Shown here piece after piece: positions 1 to 11,382 of a DNA stretch of 59,366 nucleotides. Every line of letters begins with the position of its first letter. The stretch's first letter is position 1. The translations under genes and the position numbers were made by a program. Origin of the DNA: Prasinococcaceae sp. CCMP 1430 (lineage: Eukaryota; Plantae; Prasinodermophyta); assembly GCA_013416795.1 (NCBI GenBank), contig RQSC01000021.1:132413-191778 (forward strand). The letters run 5' to 3'. The notes below the pieces were generated by a model. It searched no databases, had not been told where the DNA came from, and saw only the letters and a program-made list of their open reading frames with translations.

Positions 1-474
1 CAGCGGGAGCGGGACCCCTCGCGGCGCTGCGCGAGCTGGCGGCGGTGGACGGCGCGCGCGCGATGCGCCAGGCGGTCTCCTCGGCGTCCTCGCACGGCGC
101 GGCGATGGCGGCCATCGGCGGCGCGTCGCTGGCCTTCGCGCACACCGTCAAGGCCGCCGAGCCGCTCTTCGCGGCCGCCCTGGGCGTGTGCGTCTTCGGC
201 AAGCGCGTGAGCGGCCTGCAGTGGGCCGCCATCGTGCCCATCATCGCGGGCGTGTCGTACTCGTCCATGTCGCAGGGCGGCGCCTTCGCGTGGCCGCCGC
301 TCCTGAGCGCTCTCGTGTGCGTGGCCGCGCTCGCCTACCACAACGCCAGCATCAAGATGTCGCTCGAGGGGCGCGAGAGCCAGGTGGTCGCGGGCCGCCC
401 CCTGCGGGCGTACGCCCGCGTGGCGATGCGCGCGGCGCCGCTCGCCGTCGCGGGCGCGCTCGCGCTGCCCGTCG
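1..474 (+). CDS. Triose-phosphate/nucleotide-sugar translocator (TPT family), N-terminal part; 5'-partial, ends at single-N gap 475
   Basis: Translation LAFAHTVKAAEPLFAAALGVCVFGKRVSGLQWAAIVPIIAGV matches the TPT 'HTIKAxEP(F)' motif and hydrophobic helices. Confidence 0.8.
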
Positions 475-589
475 NGCCGCTCCCTCTCGCGCCCCCCGCC
501 TGCGGCGCCCCTGCGCGTTGCCCCTGCCGGCGGGCGCCGCCCGCGTAGTTGGTGCAGCAGCGTGGGGCCTGTAAGCGCAAATCGATAGG

Positions 590-2698
590 ATGGCATCGGC
601 ACCAACCGATGGCGGGGCGGGCGCTGCCGCCACCGCTGGTGGGGGCGTCGACCAACTCGCGTCTTCGACGGCGCCTATCACTTTCTCCGATTTTCTGGAG
701 AAGATGCGCCAGCCTAGCGCCTCGGAGCTTGTTCGCAGCATCAAGGCATTCATCGCGGCATTTCCAAGCGGCGACACAGCACCGGCAGATGCAAGTGACG
801 CGCACATGGATGCCGTCAAGGTGCAGTCCTTTCTCGAGTCGACTGAGGCCGCGTTCCGGTCGCACCCGCTGTGGGCCGGCGCATCAGACGCCGCGCTTGA
901 TGGCGCCGGCGAGGGTCTTGAGAAGTACCTCATGACCAAGCTGCACGCGCGCGCCTTCGCGCTCTGCCCCGAGGAGCGCCTCGCCGACGCGCGCTCGGAC
1001 GCGCGGCGCTCTTTGCTGGCTGCGTTCGTGAGACCGGAGCACCTGGATGTGCCGGCGCGGTACAGGAACGAGCGGAGCTGGACTCTGGCGCGAGCCGAGC
1101 TTCAGAAAATAAACACGTTCAAGGCGCCAAGAGACAAGCTCGTTTGCATGCTGAATTGCTGCAAGGTGGTCACAAACCTTCTCAACGTGAGCGCTGCCGA
1201 GAGCGAGGGGGAGCCGCCCGGCGCGGATGACTTCCTCCCTGTGCTGATTTTCGTGGTGCTGAAGGCCGGCGTGCCCCAGCTCTACGCCAACCTGAAGTAC
1301 ATCGAGCGCTTTCGAAAGGAGAGTAGGCTGGTGTCGGAGGCGGCGTACTTCTTCACCAATCTGATGTCAGCGCATGCCTTCATCGACAGAGCAAATTCAG
1401 ACAGCCTGTCCATCAGCGCGGAGGAATTTGAGAAGGAGATGAGAGCGGCAGCGGCGTCCCAGGGGACGGTCCTCGACGGCGATTTGTCCCCCATCGTGGA
1501 GCTTCCCAGCCACGGGGCGACTGCAGAGGGCAGGGCAGGCACAATTGCAGCAACTGAGGGCTCTTCGCCAATGACAGCGATGCTGAGCCCGCTGGCAACA
1601 GCTGCGGCTGCAGGTGCAGCGACGCCGCTTCCGCGGCAACAGCCCCACTCGCAGATGCAGCTTGCTTCGCAGGATCACTTACTCCATATGCCACCATCGC
1701 AGAAGCACCAGCAGCATCAACAGCAGCAGCAGGGAAAGGAAGGGGAGGAGGAGGAGGAGGAGCTGCAGCAGCAGCAGCAGCGGGAACCCCTCCACGATCA
1801 TGAGGTAGCCCCGCCGAGCGTACCACAGCTCACCGTGGAGGAACTCGAGATGATTGGGCGCGAGGAGGTGGTTCAAGCGGCATCGGTAGGGGAGCTGGCG
1901 CGTCACAAATTCCTGTTCACACCACCGCACAAGCTGAAAATTGGGGAGGTGAGCACGCTGCTAGCCGAGTACAAGGAGCTCGTGCTGCGATATGAGTCCC
2001 TCGCCAGAGGTGTCACGTGTGTCATGGCCGGTGCGGCGAGCGGTACGCCAACGGGACATTCAGGGCCGCAGCAAGACGCGCGCGTGCCTGCGACCTCGCA
2101 AGGTGCAGCCGCAGCACCCGCGCCAGACGTACCGAACCCGTTCCTGGCAGCAGCTCCGCGAGCGGTAGCTCCTATGGCCGCAACGGCGGTCGAGGGAGCG
2201 TCTCCTGCAGTGGCGCTGAAGGGTGGCGCTCCTGTGGCTGCTGTGACCGCCGAGATGTCACTGTTCGATGACAGGGTGCCACTCGATGTCTCCTCCTCCG
2301 CGACGCCTGCCCTGCCCATAGAAGTGGATGCGCCGGCAGCATCGCTGACGGAGGCAGTGGAGAATACACCTGTGACCCAACACGCTGCACGTCCACTCGA
2401 CGGAATCGACGGCGGCGGTGCCGCGAAGGAGATCGCGCCATCGTCCGTGCCTGCGTTGACTCCGCTCATTGACGCGGGGGCGCTCGATTCGGTGTCACCG
2501 ACGCTGGGGGCGGCGCCAGCTCACCAGCCGACGGCCTCGCCACAACCACCGTCACTGCGTGCGGTGGCCCCGAGGCCATCGCGCGCGGCTTCGCCGAGGC
2601 GGCGGCCGCGCTGGCCGCCCAGGGGGACGCCGCGGCCGGCGGGCTGCTCGCCTCGGCGCAGTCGTCGCTGGCCGTCCGCGTGCTGGTGGGCGGGATGA
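590..2698 (+). CDS. VPS9: VPS9-domain Rab5 GEF (plant VPS9a-like) with Q/E-rich low-complexity tail; 3' end probably chimeric after about 2555
   Basis: FLEKMRQPSA, HPLW..LEKYLMTKL, KAPRDKLVCMLNCCKV, PGADDFLPVLIFV, EAAYFFTNL are diagnostic VPS9 motifs. The ORF runs out of frame into the downstream TPT half. Confidence 0.9.
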   Translation: MASAPTDGGAGAAATAGGGVDQLASSTAPITFSDFLEKMRQPSASELVRSIKAFIAAFPSGDTAPADASDAHMDAVKVQSFLESTEAAFRSHPLWAGASDAALDGAGEGLEKYLMTKLHARAFALCPEERLADARSDARRSLLAAFVRPEHLDVPARYRNERSWTLARAELQKINTFKAPRDKLVCMLNCCKVVTNLLNVSAAESEGEPPGADDFLPVLIFVVLKAGVPQLYANLKYIERFRKESRLVSEAAYFFTNLMSAHAFIDRANSDSLSISAEEFEKEMRAAAASQGTVLDGDLSPIVELPSHGATAEGRAGTIAATEGSSPMTAMLSPLATAAAAGAATPLPRQQPHSQMQLASQDHLLHMPPSQKHQQHQQQQQGKEGEEEEEELQQQQQREPLHDHEVAPPSVPQLTVEELEMIGREEVVQAASVGELARHKFLFTPPHKLKIGEVSTLLAEYKELVLRYESLARGVTCVMAGAASGTPTGHSGPQQDARVPATSQGAAAAPAPDVPNPFLAAAPRAVAPMAATAVEGASPAVALKGGAPVAAVTAEMSLFDDRVPLDVSSSATPALPIEVDAPAASLTEAVENTPVTQHAARPLDGIDGGGAAKEIAPSSVPALTPLIDAGALDSVSPTLGAAPAHQPTASPQPPSLRAVAPRPSRAASPRRRPRWPPRGTPRPAGCSPRRSRRWPSACWWAG

Positions 2699-3012
2699 CC
2701 TTCACCTCGTACAACCTCATGGCCCTCGTGTGCCTCGGGGAGCTCGACGCGCTGACGTCGTCGATCGGCAACGTCACCAAGCGCGTCGTGGTGGTCGCGG
2801 CGAGCTGCGTGCTGCTGGGCACCTCCATGAGTGCGCAGCAGACGACGGGCTTCGCCGTCGCCATGGCGGGCGTGCTGGCATACTCGCTCGCCGCCATGCG
2901 CGCGTCGAAGCACGACGGCGCGGCGGGAGGGGCGCGGGGTCGTGACGCGCAGCCCGACTCGGGCACGGCGGGCGGCGCAGCGCCACCCGCGCCCTCTCTC
3001 GGGGGCGCTTAG
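2554..3012 (+). CDS. TPT-family translocator, C-terminal part
   Basis: Frame of ORF 2680-3012 extended upstream reads ACGGPEAIARGF...GGMTFTSYNLMALVCLGELDALTSSIGNVTKRVVVVAASCVLLG...GFAVAMAGVLAYS, the TPT 'S(V/I)GNxxKRV' C-terminal signature. Confidence 0.8.
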   Translation, partial: TACGGPEAIARGFAEAAAALAAQGDAAAGGLLASAQSSLAVRVLVGGMTFTSYNLMALVCLGELDALTSSIGNVTKRVVVVAASCVLLGTSMSAQQTTGFAVAMAGVLAYSLAAMRASKHDGAAGGARGRDAQPDSGTAGGAAPPAPSLGGA

Positions 3013-3059
3013 GAGTAAAGAAAGTTACATATTATTTGTCACACAAAGGCTGCGGCCCC

Positions 3060-6000
3060 TCACGCGAAGAAGTCGTCCCTGTCGGCGCCGTCGCCCGCAG
3101 CCTTGCCCGAGGCCGCCCCGCCGGCCTCGCCGACGCCGACGCTGACGGTCGTGCCCACGAACGACTGGTAGTGCTCCGGCCGGTGCTCCTCGGCGTAGAA
3201 CTCCTTGGGCAGGCCCAGCTTCAGGCCGTACTGCGCGTCGGCCGAGAACTTGACGCCGTTGAACGAGTAGTTCCAGCTGCCCGTGTCGGGCACCATGAAC
3301 CACCCGAGGAAGCGGTCCGACAGCAGAATCTGCACCTTCTCGTAGTGCGTGGGCAGGTAGCCCTGCGGCGCCGAGCCGCCGTCCTTGTTCGTGCGCCCCC
3401 ACTCGAAGCCGCCGGGAGTGAGCTTGTACGCGGTCACGCTCACGGAGCCGGGCGTGAAGCTCGCGGTGACCACCACGCACTTCTCGCCGTCCCAGCGCCG
3501 GTGGGCGTCCAGCATGCGCGCGTGCGCGGTGACATCCTGCGCGCTGAGCTGCGGGGACTCGTTGGGCTGCGTGTGGATCCAACCGAGCGGCTCGAGGTCG
3601 GCCAGGTACTCGTGCTCTGGCAGCGTGGACGGCAGGTGCACCTGCTGGTGGGTGCCCCACTGCGGCGGCATGACAATGCAGCGCACCTCCTTGACCTGCG
3701 GGTTGTCGGGCGGGCTCACGCCGTACATGAAGCCCGCCACCTGCGTGCGCAGGTCGGCGCTGGTGACGAAGCGCCGCAGCACGTTCTTCGGCAGGACGTA
3801 CGTGAAGCCCGTCTCCTTGATGTCGTCGGAGTTGACGTAGATGCGCCCCACGCGCAGGTGCAGGTTGGAGGCGGCCACCGCGCGCACGCGCCAGTCCGTC
3901 TTGCTGCCGAATTGCGCCTGCTCGTACGGCGTTGTGGTCGTCACGATGAGCTCCTCGCCGTGCACGCCCGTCGTCCTCGTGGTCACCTGCGTCACCTGCG
4001 CCGCGTCCTTGGCCGACGCCTCCACCTCGGCCATCTGCTGGCGCTGCTGGCTCGGCGGCTGGATCTCCGCGCCGAGGATGATGTCGCGGATCTCGCTCTG
4101 CGTGAGCGCGGTCACGCTGACGTTGTTCTTCTTCGAGTAGTCCGCGAGGATGAGATCCTTGAGGGCCACCTCGACCTTGATCCACGCCTCGTCGGTGAGC
4201 GACGGAAACACGTGGTGCGGTTCGGTCACCACCGACGCGTCCGGGCGCAGCAGCATCTTGGCCTTGTCCATGTTGATGTGCAGCGCGCGCAGGATGAGGA
4301 TGAGGCGGCTGAAGGCCGTGTACGAGCTGATGGTGCGCAGCCAGTCGTCGTAGATGTTGAAGAGCACCATCTGCGGCTCGGACGCGCGAAGGATCATGTC
4401 GCCGAACTTCTCGATGCGCAGCGCCGCCTGGAAGGGCAGCTGCAGGTCGCTGCCCTTGAGGACGATGTTGGGGAAGTCCAGGCAGTGCACCTCGAGCGGG
4501 TCGAGCATGCCTCTGCGCGTGACGATGATCTGCTTGGGCTGCTCCTCCACGGGGAGCGAGCGGATGAGGGCGGCCACCTCCTCGGCGGTCTTCCACTTGG
4601 AGAGCTGGCCCAGGCGCTTCTGGCCGGCCCACACCGACGTGTGGATGATCTTGAGGAACAGCTGGCCCGTACGCGGGTTGAAGATGAAGATGGCGCCGTT
4701 GATGGGCTTGGTGGTCAAATTGCCCTCGAACGTCTTGTGGATGGTCACGCGGTACACGTTCGAGTCGTCCACGAACCAGATGAGCTGGTTGCCGAAGAGC
4801 TCGCCGTAGTTCTGCGAAGAAAGGTACGGCTCCGTGGGCTCCGACGAGTACAGCTGCAGGCCCTTGCGCACGCGCTCGCGCAGCACGTAGAGCGCCGGGT
4901 TCGCCTTGATGATCTTGGCCATCGCCTGCTGCATGAGCGGCTTGACGCCCGGGAACCACGAGCCGTAGCCCGACCAGAGGTTGTACGCCAGGTCCACGGC
5001 GACCATGCACCCCGTGGGGCTCGGGTAGATGGACATGTTGTCGGTGGTGTAGTCGAGAAACTTGGCGCGCGTGTAGCGCTCGATGTCGTGCGAGTCGAAG
5101 TCACCCCAGCGCAGCTGGACGTCGATCCAGTACTTGTTGCTCGTCTTCTGGTCGAAGACGTCGTTGCCCTCGTTGACCAGGCTGGGCCGCGACACCGACC
5201 ACTTGTACGCGGCGAAGAGCAGGATGTCCGCGCACGAGCTGTTCATCTTGTAGCTCTTGCGCGGGTGGATGGTCTCCTTCTGCACCGTCTCGATCTCCAG
5301 CGCGTCGAGCTCCTGATCGAGCACCTGGCACAGGTCCATGACCAGCGACTCGTGGATCTTCTGCCACAGGTGCGCGCGGAAGATCTGGATGAGGGAGATC
5401 TTGAGCGTCGGAATCTTGCCGTGCATGAAGATGCCCGTCAGGTCGAGCTGCACCTGGAACCCCACGTACACGTTGGCTCGGTTGATGGTGGGCGACCACC
5501 ACAGCGTGAAGCGTCGGTTGGGAATCTGGTTGAGGCCAGAGCGCTGCGCGTTGGTGAGCTTCTTGAACTTCAGACTCTCCTCGAAGCCGCTCGCCTTCTC
5601 CCAGAACAGGCCCTCCCAGGTGGGAAAGTAGGTGCCCTTGAACAGCGTGTGCTCGAGAATGCCCTCCACGCCGCCAAGCGCCTGGATGACGTCCGTACGG
5701 TAGTTGTTCAAATTCCACAGCTTGCCGTCGTGGCGCTGGTTGGTCCACCCGAAGGCATTCGAGCGCATGATCTGGTGCTCCTTGAACATGGACCTCACGC
5801 GCCAGCCCTTGTCGTACGCGAGCGTGTGCCTGTCCTTCTGGAAGAGCGTGTTGATGCGCGGGATGCCCCGGTCCCAGCTGTCCTCCAGGTCCTCGAGCGA
5901 CAGCCGGCGGTTCTGCGCCTGCGCCTCTTGGCGCTTGAGCGCGTACTCGGCCCACACGCGCTGGCTGTCGACGAACTCGGCCTCCCACGGCTGAATGTAG

Positions 6001-9000
6001 CGGAAGAGGTTGGGGATGAGCTGGTCCTCGTCGTGGCTCATGCCGCTGCGGAAGTGCGTGATGCCCGCGTCCGTCTGCTTGGAGTACCGCAGGTCGCTCT
6101 GCGGGATGAGGATGTGCCCCATGCTGAGCATGCCCAGGCCGCCGAGCTCCTTGGGGGAATAGAACACGACAGGGGGGAAACGGCTCGGCATCTTCGAGTT
6201 GAGGCCGATCTTGATGCGCGTCTGGATCTTGTTCTCGCACTTGACCAGCAGGTCGAGCAGCTCGCGGGTGTGCACCGTCGCCTCGCGGTAGTACGTCATC
6301 AGCGAGATGAGCGCCGTGTTCCACTTGTTGGCCACCTTGGTGAAGGTGGTGTTGCCGCTCGACATGAGCACGTTGCGGATTCGGTTCTCGAACGTCTTGA
6401 GCGCCTCGTCGTCCACGCGCACGAAGGCCTGCGCCGTGCGCTCTTTCGTGGCCTCGCACTGCAGGTTCCACACGCCGTCCTTGTTGGCGAACGACTCCTG
6501 CTCCATGCGCACCTTGGGCAGGATGCGAATTTCGAAGCCTGCCATGCTGAAGAGCAGATTCGGGTTGTCCTTGGAGTACACCGAGCAGAAGGAGTTCTCC
6601 CACTCGAGGGTGGTCAGCGAGCGCGGCAGGCGGTTCTTGATGTCCCAGAAGACGGCGCGCCCCAGGTTGACATCGTGCTTCATCAGGCGCATGCGCGAGT
6701 CGCGCGGCCAGCACTTCTTGTTGTTGTAGCCCACCATGTTCTCGTTGTTGGGGTCGGGGTTCTCCGTGAGGTAACGGGCGATGAGGTCCTTGGCCTCCTC
6801 GGCGGTGAAGCGAAACGCGATGTGCAGCTTGTCGATGAAGCGGCCGTACAGGCGAATGGGATGGCGCGTCTCCGTCTTCTCGTCGCGGAAGGTGAGGAAG
6901 TCGTTGGGCAGGTTGGGCGCGCCGGCAAGCTCGGACGCACGCGTGAGGCCCAGCGTCAGCAAGTCCAGCACCAGGCCGTAGTACTGCGTCACGAAGCTCG
7001 CGAACTGCAGGCCGCGGATGAGGCCGTACGAGTTCGTGTGGCTCATGTCCTTGTACGATATGACGATGTTGTTCTTGGCCGTGATGTAGTCGGCGATGTT
7101 GTGGTCGACGATGAGCCGCAGCAGGCGGTTGAGCATCGTCAGGTCCATCTTCTCGTACAGCTTCTCGAACTTGGTCTGCAAGATGACCAGGCACTCGCCC
7201 TCAGAGGTCTCCCACACGTCCGTGAGGTTGTTGATGCCCTGGCACCACTTGTACACGAGGAGAGGGGGCGGCTCGGTGTCGGCGGGTTTCACCCAGTTGG
7301 GAAAGAGGTGCCGCTTGTCGGCCTCGTACCAGAGGTACGAGTCCAGGTAAGAGTCGGTGATCTTCTCGAGCGGTTCGATCTCGTACACGGGCACCAGGTG
7401 GCTGTACATGTCCATGAACTGCAGGCCCACCTCCTTGAAGGCGCGCTGCGTGAGCAGGTGGCGCTTGATGCGGCTGAGTGCCTCGTGCGGGTTGTCGTAC
7501 GCCTGCTCGATGAGGCCCAGCTCCTCGCGCTGGTTCTGGTTGAGGCGAATGGCGAGGCCGTAGACCTCCTTGAGGCGCTCGAGCGACAGAATGAGCAGCT
7601 TGGTATCGTGCTTGTAGCTGAGCGGCGGGAAGGGGATCGGCGAGAACTTGCGGCTCTCGAGCCAGTGCACGGTGGTGGTGTAGATGGCCACCGCCTCCTC
7701 GGGCGTCACGTACGGGCCGTCCTTCAGGTAGTTGTGCTGGCGCTCCTGCTCCGCCTTCAGCCACAGGCGCGTCAGGCGGCCAAGGTTCTTCTTGCACACC
7801 GTCTTGTCGACCGTCGCGCCACGCCTGATGCGCTCACGGTTGTAGTGCGCGACGTTGGTCCACCAGTCGCTCTTCGACTTGACGTACCGCAGGATCATGT
7901 TCTCCACTGGCGCCGGCAGGCCGGGCACCTTCCACGGAATGTTGGCCTTCCAGCATCGCCACGCCTCGGAGAGGTGCATCAGGATGGTGCGCGCTTTGTT
8001 CTGCTTGATGCCCTCGGGCATCATGTCCAGGATGTCGTGCATGACGGCCGCGCGCAGCTCCAGGTCGAAGTGCGACTCCACGCGCTGCTTCGTGACCGTC
8101 TTGGCGACGCCCTTGGCGTTGCGGCCCTCAAACTGGCGCGCCAGCAGGTTGCCCAGCCAGCGCTCGAGCAGCGGGATGATGCCGCGCAGGAAGAACAACC
8201 ACACGCGCCACGACGGCGCCCAGAAGCCCACGCCGGGGCCCTTGCCCACTGGCCCGGTGTTAAAGCGGTAGTAGATGAGGTGCTTGAGGTCCTTGCACAT
8301 GCGGATCTGGCGCATCACGCGGTACTTGTAGCGGTACATGCCCGTCAGCTGGCCCACGTGAGCGAACGCGTACTGCAGGCCGTCGGCCAGCTGGAAGGCG
8401 TCGACGTTGCCGAGGCGGAACTGCACGTTGGCGTCGACAACCAGCTTGGTGAGGCGCAGCACCTCGCGACACAGGTGGAAGGCGTTCCCGAAGCGGCTCT
8501 TCTTCCTCTCCTTGGTCGTGAGGGTCTTGACCGGCTTGAGGTTGAAGTTGTAGTCCAGGTGCAGGTAGTTGAGGTTCTTGCGGTGGATGAGCAGGTTCAG
8601 CATGTTGTAGCCCTGCCTGCACACCTGCAAGCCCACCTCCACCCAGTCCACGGTGGTTTGCTGGAAGAATTTGGTCGCCTTGAGCGCCTTGAAGAGCGAG
8701 CGCTTCTTGCCCGCCGCCGTGGGCCTGCTGTGCAGCTCGTTGAGCACGTGGCACTTGAGCAGCTTCTGGTACGACACGCGGACCTTCACGGGGTACCCCG
8801 AGGGGCAGTGCTCCTTGTACCACGAGCTCACGAGCGGCACGTCGATCGCGCGGCGCGTGCGCCCCGCGCGCAGGTTGAAGGGGCGCGGCGCGAAGAGGAG
8901 CGCTATGCCCACGGCCGTCGTGTCAGTCTCCACCGGACGATCGGCTAGCATGGGCTCCATCCCCTCGGGCAGCGCGAAGTCGTCGTCGTCCTCGCCGGCG

Positions 9001-10133
9001 CCCTGTGCGAAGGCCGGCGTAGCGGGCGCGCCCCCGCCGCGCGGCGCCGCCCCGCCGCTCGCGCCCCCGCCCCCGCCCCCGCGCGTGCGGTACGCCGCGA
9101 TTGGGTGGATCAGCGGGTCGTAGTAGAACGCCGGCAGGTCAGGGTCCTCGGCCTTGATGTACATCACCATCGGCGTGTGATACGGCGCGAGCACCACCTT
9201 GCGCGGGCGGCTGTTGTACAGGTACGGGAAGGCCACGCGGTACTCGGTGCGGATGGGCGAGCGGATGATGAGCTTGTTGATGTCGTTGAACTCGTTCCAG
9301 TCTTCGTCGTACTCGCCCGCCTCCCGGAAGAGCGGTTCGAACTTGGGGCCTCCCGGAATGGCCAGGTTGAGCGCCTTGGCGGTGAAGAACGACTCCTTGT
9401 TGAAGAGGTAGAAGTAGTTGTCGTCGGTGAGGTCCGACAGCAGCTGCCCGGCGAGACGGTAGAGCGTGGCCATCACCGGCAGGCCCAGGGTCCACGTCTT
9501 GTACGACTCGCCGTTCACCATCTTGGTGTACTGCAGCGGCTTGTGATCGTAGAACCAGCGCGCGACGGGCGCGTCCTCGTCGGCGTCCAGCTCGAGCTGG
9601 ATCGCCTCCAGCGGGTCCACGTCGAGCAGGTTGTCCGTGTAGTCGAGCGGCGGCTCCTCGTCGTCGAAGGGCGGGAAGCGCATGCGCTTGAAGTGCCGTC
9701 GGTCGCGCTTCTCGCGGCGCATCATGATCCACGTGGCGCTCCACTGCGCGATGAACACCGGCTCGATCACGCGCGGCGTCTCGTTCACGAAGCTGATGGC
9801 GCCGGTCGTGTGGTACAGCACGGGCACGTCGCGCACCTGCTCCCAGGGCATGGGCATGTTCTCGAGCAGCTTGAAGACGGCGTGCGGCACGAACTTGAGC
9901 GCCCCGAGGTACACTCGCTTGTCGTGCCTGAACTTCTTCGAGCTCATGTCGCCGTGGTCCTTGATGATCTTGCGCAGGTGCTCGGGCGGCATGTCCTCCT
10001 TGGTCTCCGGCTTGCTGCCGAAGACGCGGCGGGTGGCGTACCGCTTGCGCTGCAGCGCCGCCCACTTGCGCGCCTTGTCCGCGAGCTCATCCTCGGTGAG
10101 CGCGCGGAACTCCGTCACTGGCGGCGCCGCCAT
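3060..10133 (-). CDS. PRP8: Pre-mRNA splicing factor PRP8 (U5 snRNP), intronless, about 2357 aa
   Basis: Continuous ORF with hallmark segments ([51 protein letters not shown], Jab1/MPN-like WIHTQP). ATG placed at 10133 (MAAPPVTEF); the ORF-track extension to 10310 is antisense to the next gene. Confidence 0.98.
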   Translation of the reverse strand: MAAPPVTEFRALTEDELADKARKWAALQRKRYATRRVFGSKPETKEDMPPEHLRKIIKDHGDMSSKKFRHDKRVYLGALKFVPHAVFKLLENMPMPWEQVRDVPVLYHTTGAISFVNETPRVIEPVFIAQWSATWIMMRREKRDRRHFKRMRFPPFDDEEPPLDYTDNLLDVDPLEAIQLELDADEDAPVARWFYDHKPLQYTKMVNGESYKTWTLGLPVMATLYRLAGQLLSDLTDDNYFYLFNKESFFTAKALNLAIPGGPKFEPLFREAGEYDEDWNEFNDINKLIIRSPIRTEYRVAFPYLYNSRPRKVVLAPYHTPMVMYIKAEDPDLPAFYYDPLIHPIAAYRTRGGGGGGASGGAAPRGGGAPATPAFAQGAGEDDDDFALPEGMEPMLADRPVETDTTAVGIALLFAPRPFNLRAGRTRRAIDVPLVSSWYKEHCPSGYPVKVRVSYQKLLKCHVLNELHSRPTAAGKKRSLFKALKATKFFQQTTVDWVEVGLQVCRQGYNMLNLLIHRKNLNYLHLDYNFNLKPVKTLTTKERKKSRFGNAFHLCREVLRLTKLVVDANVQFRLGNVDAFQLADGLQYAFAHVGQLTGMYRYKYRVMRQIRMCKDLKHLIYYRFNTGPVGKGPGVGFWAPSWRVWLFFLRGIIPLLERWLGNLLARQFEGRNAKGVAKTVTKQRVESHFDLELRAAVMHDILDMMPEGIKQNKARTILMHLSEAWRCWKANIPWKVPGLPAPVENMILRYVKSKSDWWTNVAHYNRERIRRGATVDKTVCKKNLGRLTRLWLKAEQERQHNYLKDGPYVTPEEAVAIYTTTVHWLESRKFSPIPFPPLSYKHDTKLLILSLERLKEVYGLAIRLNQNQREELGLIEQAYDNPHEALSRIKRHLLTQRAFKEVGLQFMDMYSHLVPVYEIEPLEKITDSYLDSYLWYEADKRHLFPNWVKPADTEPPPLLVYKWCQGINNLTDVWETSEGECLVILQTKFEKLYEKMDLTMLNRLLRLIVDHNIADYITAKNNIVISYKDMSHTNSYGLIRGLQFASFVTQYYGLVLDLLTLGLTRASELAGAPNLPNDFLTFRDEKTETRHPIRLYGRFIDKLHIAFRFTAEEAKDLIARYLTENPDPNNENMVGYNNKKCWPRDSRMRLMKHDVNLGRAVFWDIKNRLPRSLTTLEWENSFCSVYSKDNPNLLFSMAGFEIRILPKVRMEQESFANKDGVWNLQCEATKERTAQAFVRVDDEALKTFENRIRNVLMSSGNTTFTKVANKWNTALISLMTYYREATVHTRELLDLLVKCENKIQTRIKIGLNSKMPSRFPPVVFYSPKELGGLGMLSMGHILIPQSDLRYSKQTDAGITHFRSGMSHDEDQLIPNLFRYIQPWEAEFVDSQRVWAEYALKRQEAQAQNRRLSLEDLEDSWDRGIPRINTLFQKDRHTLAYDKGWRVRSMFKEHQIMRSNAFGWTNQRHDGKLWNLNNYRTDVIQALGGVEGILEHTLFKGTYFPTWEGLFWEKASGFEESLKFKKLTNAQRSGLNQIPNRRFTLWWSPTINRANVYVGFQVQLDLTGIFMHGKIPTLKISLIQIFRAHLWQKIHESLVMDLCQVLDQELDALEIETVQKETIHPRKSYKMNSSCADILLFAAYKWSVSRPSLVNEGNDVFDQKTSNKYWIDVQLRWGDFDSHDIERYTRAKFLDYTTDNMSIYPSPTGCMVAVDLAYNLWSGYGSWFPGVKPLMQQAMAKIIKANPALYVLRERVRKGLQLYSSEPTEPYLSSQNYGELFGNQLIWFVDDSNVYRVTIHKTFEGNLTTKPINGAIFIFNPRTGQLFLKIIHTSVWAGQKRLGQLSKWKTAEEVAALIRSLPVEEQPKQIIVTRRGMLDPLEVHCLDFPNIVLKGSDLQLPFQAALRIEKFGDMILRASEPQMVLFNIYDDWLRTISSYTAFSRLILILRALHINMDKAKMLLRPDASVVTEPHHVFPSLTDEAWIKVEVALKDLILADYSKKNNVSVTALTQSEIRDIILGAEIQPPSQQRQQMAEVEASAKDAAQVTQVTTRTTGVHGEELIVTTTTPYEQAQFGSKTDWRVRAVAASNLHLRVGRIYVNSDDIKETGFTYVLPKNVLRRFVTSADLRTQVAGFMYGVSPPDNPQVKEVRCIVMPPQWGTHQQVHLPSTLPEHEYLADLEPLGWIHTQPNESPQLSAQDVTAHARMLDAHRRWDGEKCVVVTASFTPGSVSVTAYKLTPGGFEWGRTNKDGGSAPQGYLPTHYEKVQILLSDRFLGWFMVPDTGSWNYSFNGVKFSADAQYGLKLGLPKEFYAEEHRPEHYQSFVGTTVSVGVGEAGGAASGKAAGDGADRDDFFA

Positions 10134-10818
10134 GGCGCCGCGCGGGCTTCGCCCGAGAAGCCCGCCGCCCGTCGGCCGTCGCTGCTGCCGCGGCGGGGGC
10201 GGCGGGGGCGGGGGCTGGGCGCTGAGCGAGACAGTGTACGAGTCGGACGACGAGGCCGAGGCGTGCCAGAACATGCCGTGGATGGAGAGCGTGGTGAAGA
10301 TCTTCTGCATGCACGTCGAGCCAAACTTCTCGCTGCCGTGGCAGCGAAAACGGCAGTATCAGAGCACGGGCAGCGGCTTCGCCATCGCCGGCGGGCGAAT
10401 CCTGACCAATGCGCACTGTGTGGATCACCACACGCAGGTCAAGGTGCGCCGCCGCGGCGACGACGCAAAGTACATCGCACGTGTGCTCGCGGTGGGCGTG
10501 GAGTGCGACCTCGCGCTGCTCGCTGTCGACGACGAGGAGTTCCACAAGGGCCTCGAACCGCTCCCATTCGGCACGCTGCCGCGCCTGCACAGCGCCGTGA
10601 CGGTGGTCGGGTACCCCCTCGGCGGCGACACCATTAGCGTCACCAGCGGCGTCGTGTCACGCGTGGAAGTGACGGCGTATGCGCACGGCGCCTCCGAGCT
10701 GCTGGGGGTGCAGATTGACGCCGCGATCAACAGCGGCAACAGTGGTGGACCGGCATTCAATGGGCGCGGCGAGTGCGTAGGCGTGGCCTTCCAGTCGCTC
10801 AAGAGCGATGATGCCGAG
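10132..10818 (+). CDS. DEG9: Deg/HtrA serine protease, Deg9-like; exon 1 only, remainder lost at gap 10964
   Basis: [27 protein letters not shown] (His), ECDLAL (Asp), GNSGGP (Ser). Donor GTGAGC at 10819, branch GCTGAC near 10914, acceptor TAG 10961-10963 immediately before the N. Start could alternatively be ATG 10273. Confidence 0.88.
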
Positions 10819-11070
10819 GTGAGCCTTGGGCTGCATGAGCGTGTGTGTGTGCGTGTGTCTGTTGTGTGGGGTCGCGCGGGCATGCGACCTTGTTCACCCT
10901 CATCCGAACGTTTGCTGACGGGTCGGTGGCCTCGCCATATCTCTCGGCTGCGGGCTGCTTTAGNGTGCTGGCCGGCGATCGGTTCGGTCGCGTCGGGTCC
11001 GGCCCGCGCCTGGTGGGGCTGTTCGCCGCCGCGGCGCCCACCCGCGCGCGCGCACGCCCGCGAGGCACAG

Positions 11071-11229
11071 ATCGGCGCACAGCTGGTGCGGTTGCTCTCG
11101 CAAGCAGGCACTGGTTTCTTCTACGTGAAGAAGCGGAACCCGAAGAAGAACCCTGTGAAGCTCGAGATGATGAAGTACGACCCGGTGGTGCGCCGTCACG
11201 TGCTGTTCCGCGAGGCCAAGATGAAGTGA
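11071..11229 (+). CDS. rpl33: Organellar (mitochondrial-type) ribosomal protein bL33, last exon; 5' part missing at gap
   Basis: [48 protein letters not shown]; candidate acceptors CAG at 11070 or 11082. Confidence 0.9.
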   Translation: MGAQLVRLLSQAGTGFFYVKKRNPKKNPVKLEMMKYDPVVRRHVLFREAKMK

Positions 11230-11382
11230 GCGCCTGAGTGCGGAGGACGGGCCGACAGAGGCCGTGCGAGGTACGGGGGCTTTCAGTAGAGACGGGGTTG
11301 TGATCGCTCGGCTAGCGAGCGGTTCGCTGCCCTCGACGCGCGCGTGCGCGCGCATACCACAGCGCCCGCGGCGCCGGACGCC

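Noticed and set aside
5570-5620. PRP8 intein insertion site ([10 protein letters not shown])
   Set aside because: The site is empty and the protein has normal length; no intein.
3036-8948. 1970-aa antisense ORF over PRP8 (and similar shadow ORFs over SEC23, RBR, PFK, RIO2)
   Set aside because: Expected artefact of extreme GC3 bias: TTA/CTA/TCA sense codons are nearly absent, so antisense frames lack stops. No motifs are present.
10134-10310. N-terminal extension of PRP8 in the ORF track (MQKIFTT...)
   Set aside because: It is the reverse complement of Deg9 coding sequence; homology begins at ATG 10133.
9682-11229. Apparent Deg protease-rpL33 fusion ORF
   Set aside because: Reads through an intron and the single-N gap at 10964; these are two separate genes.
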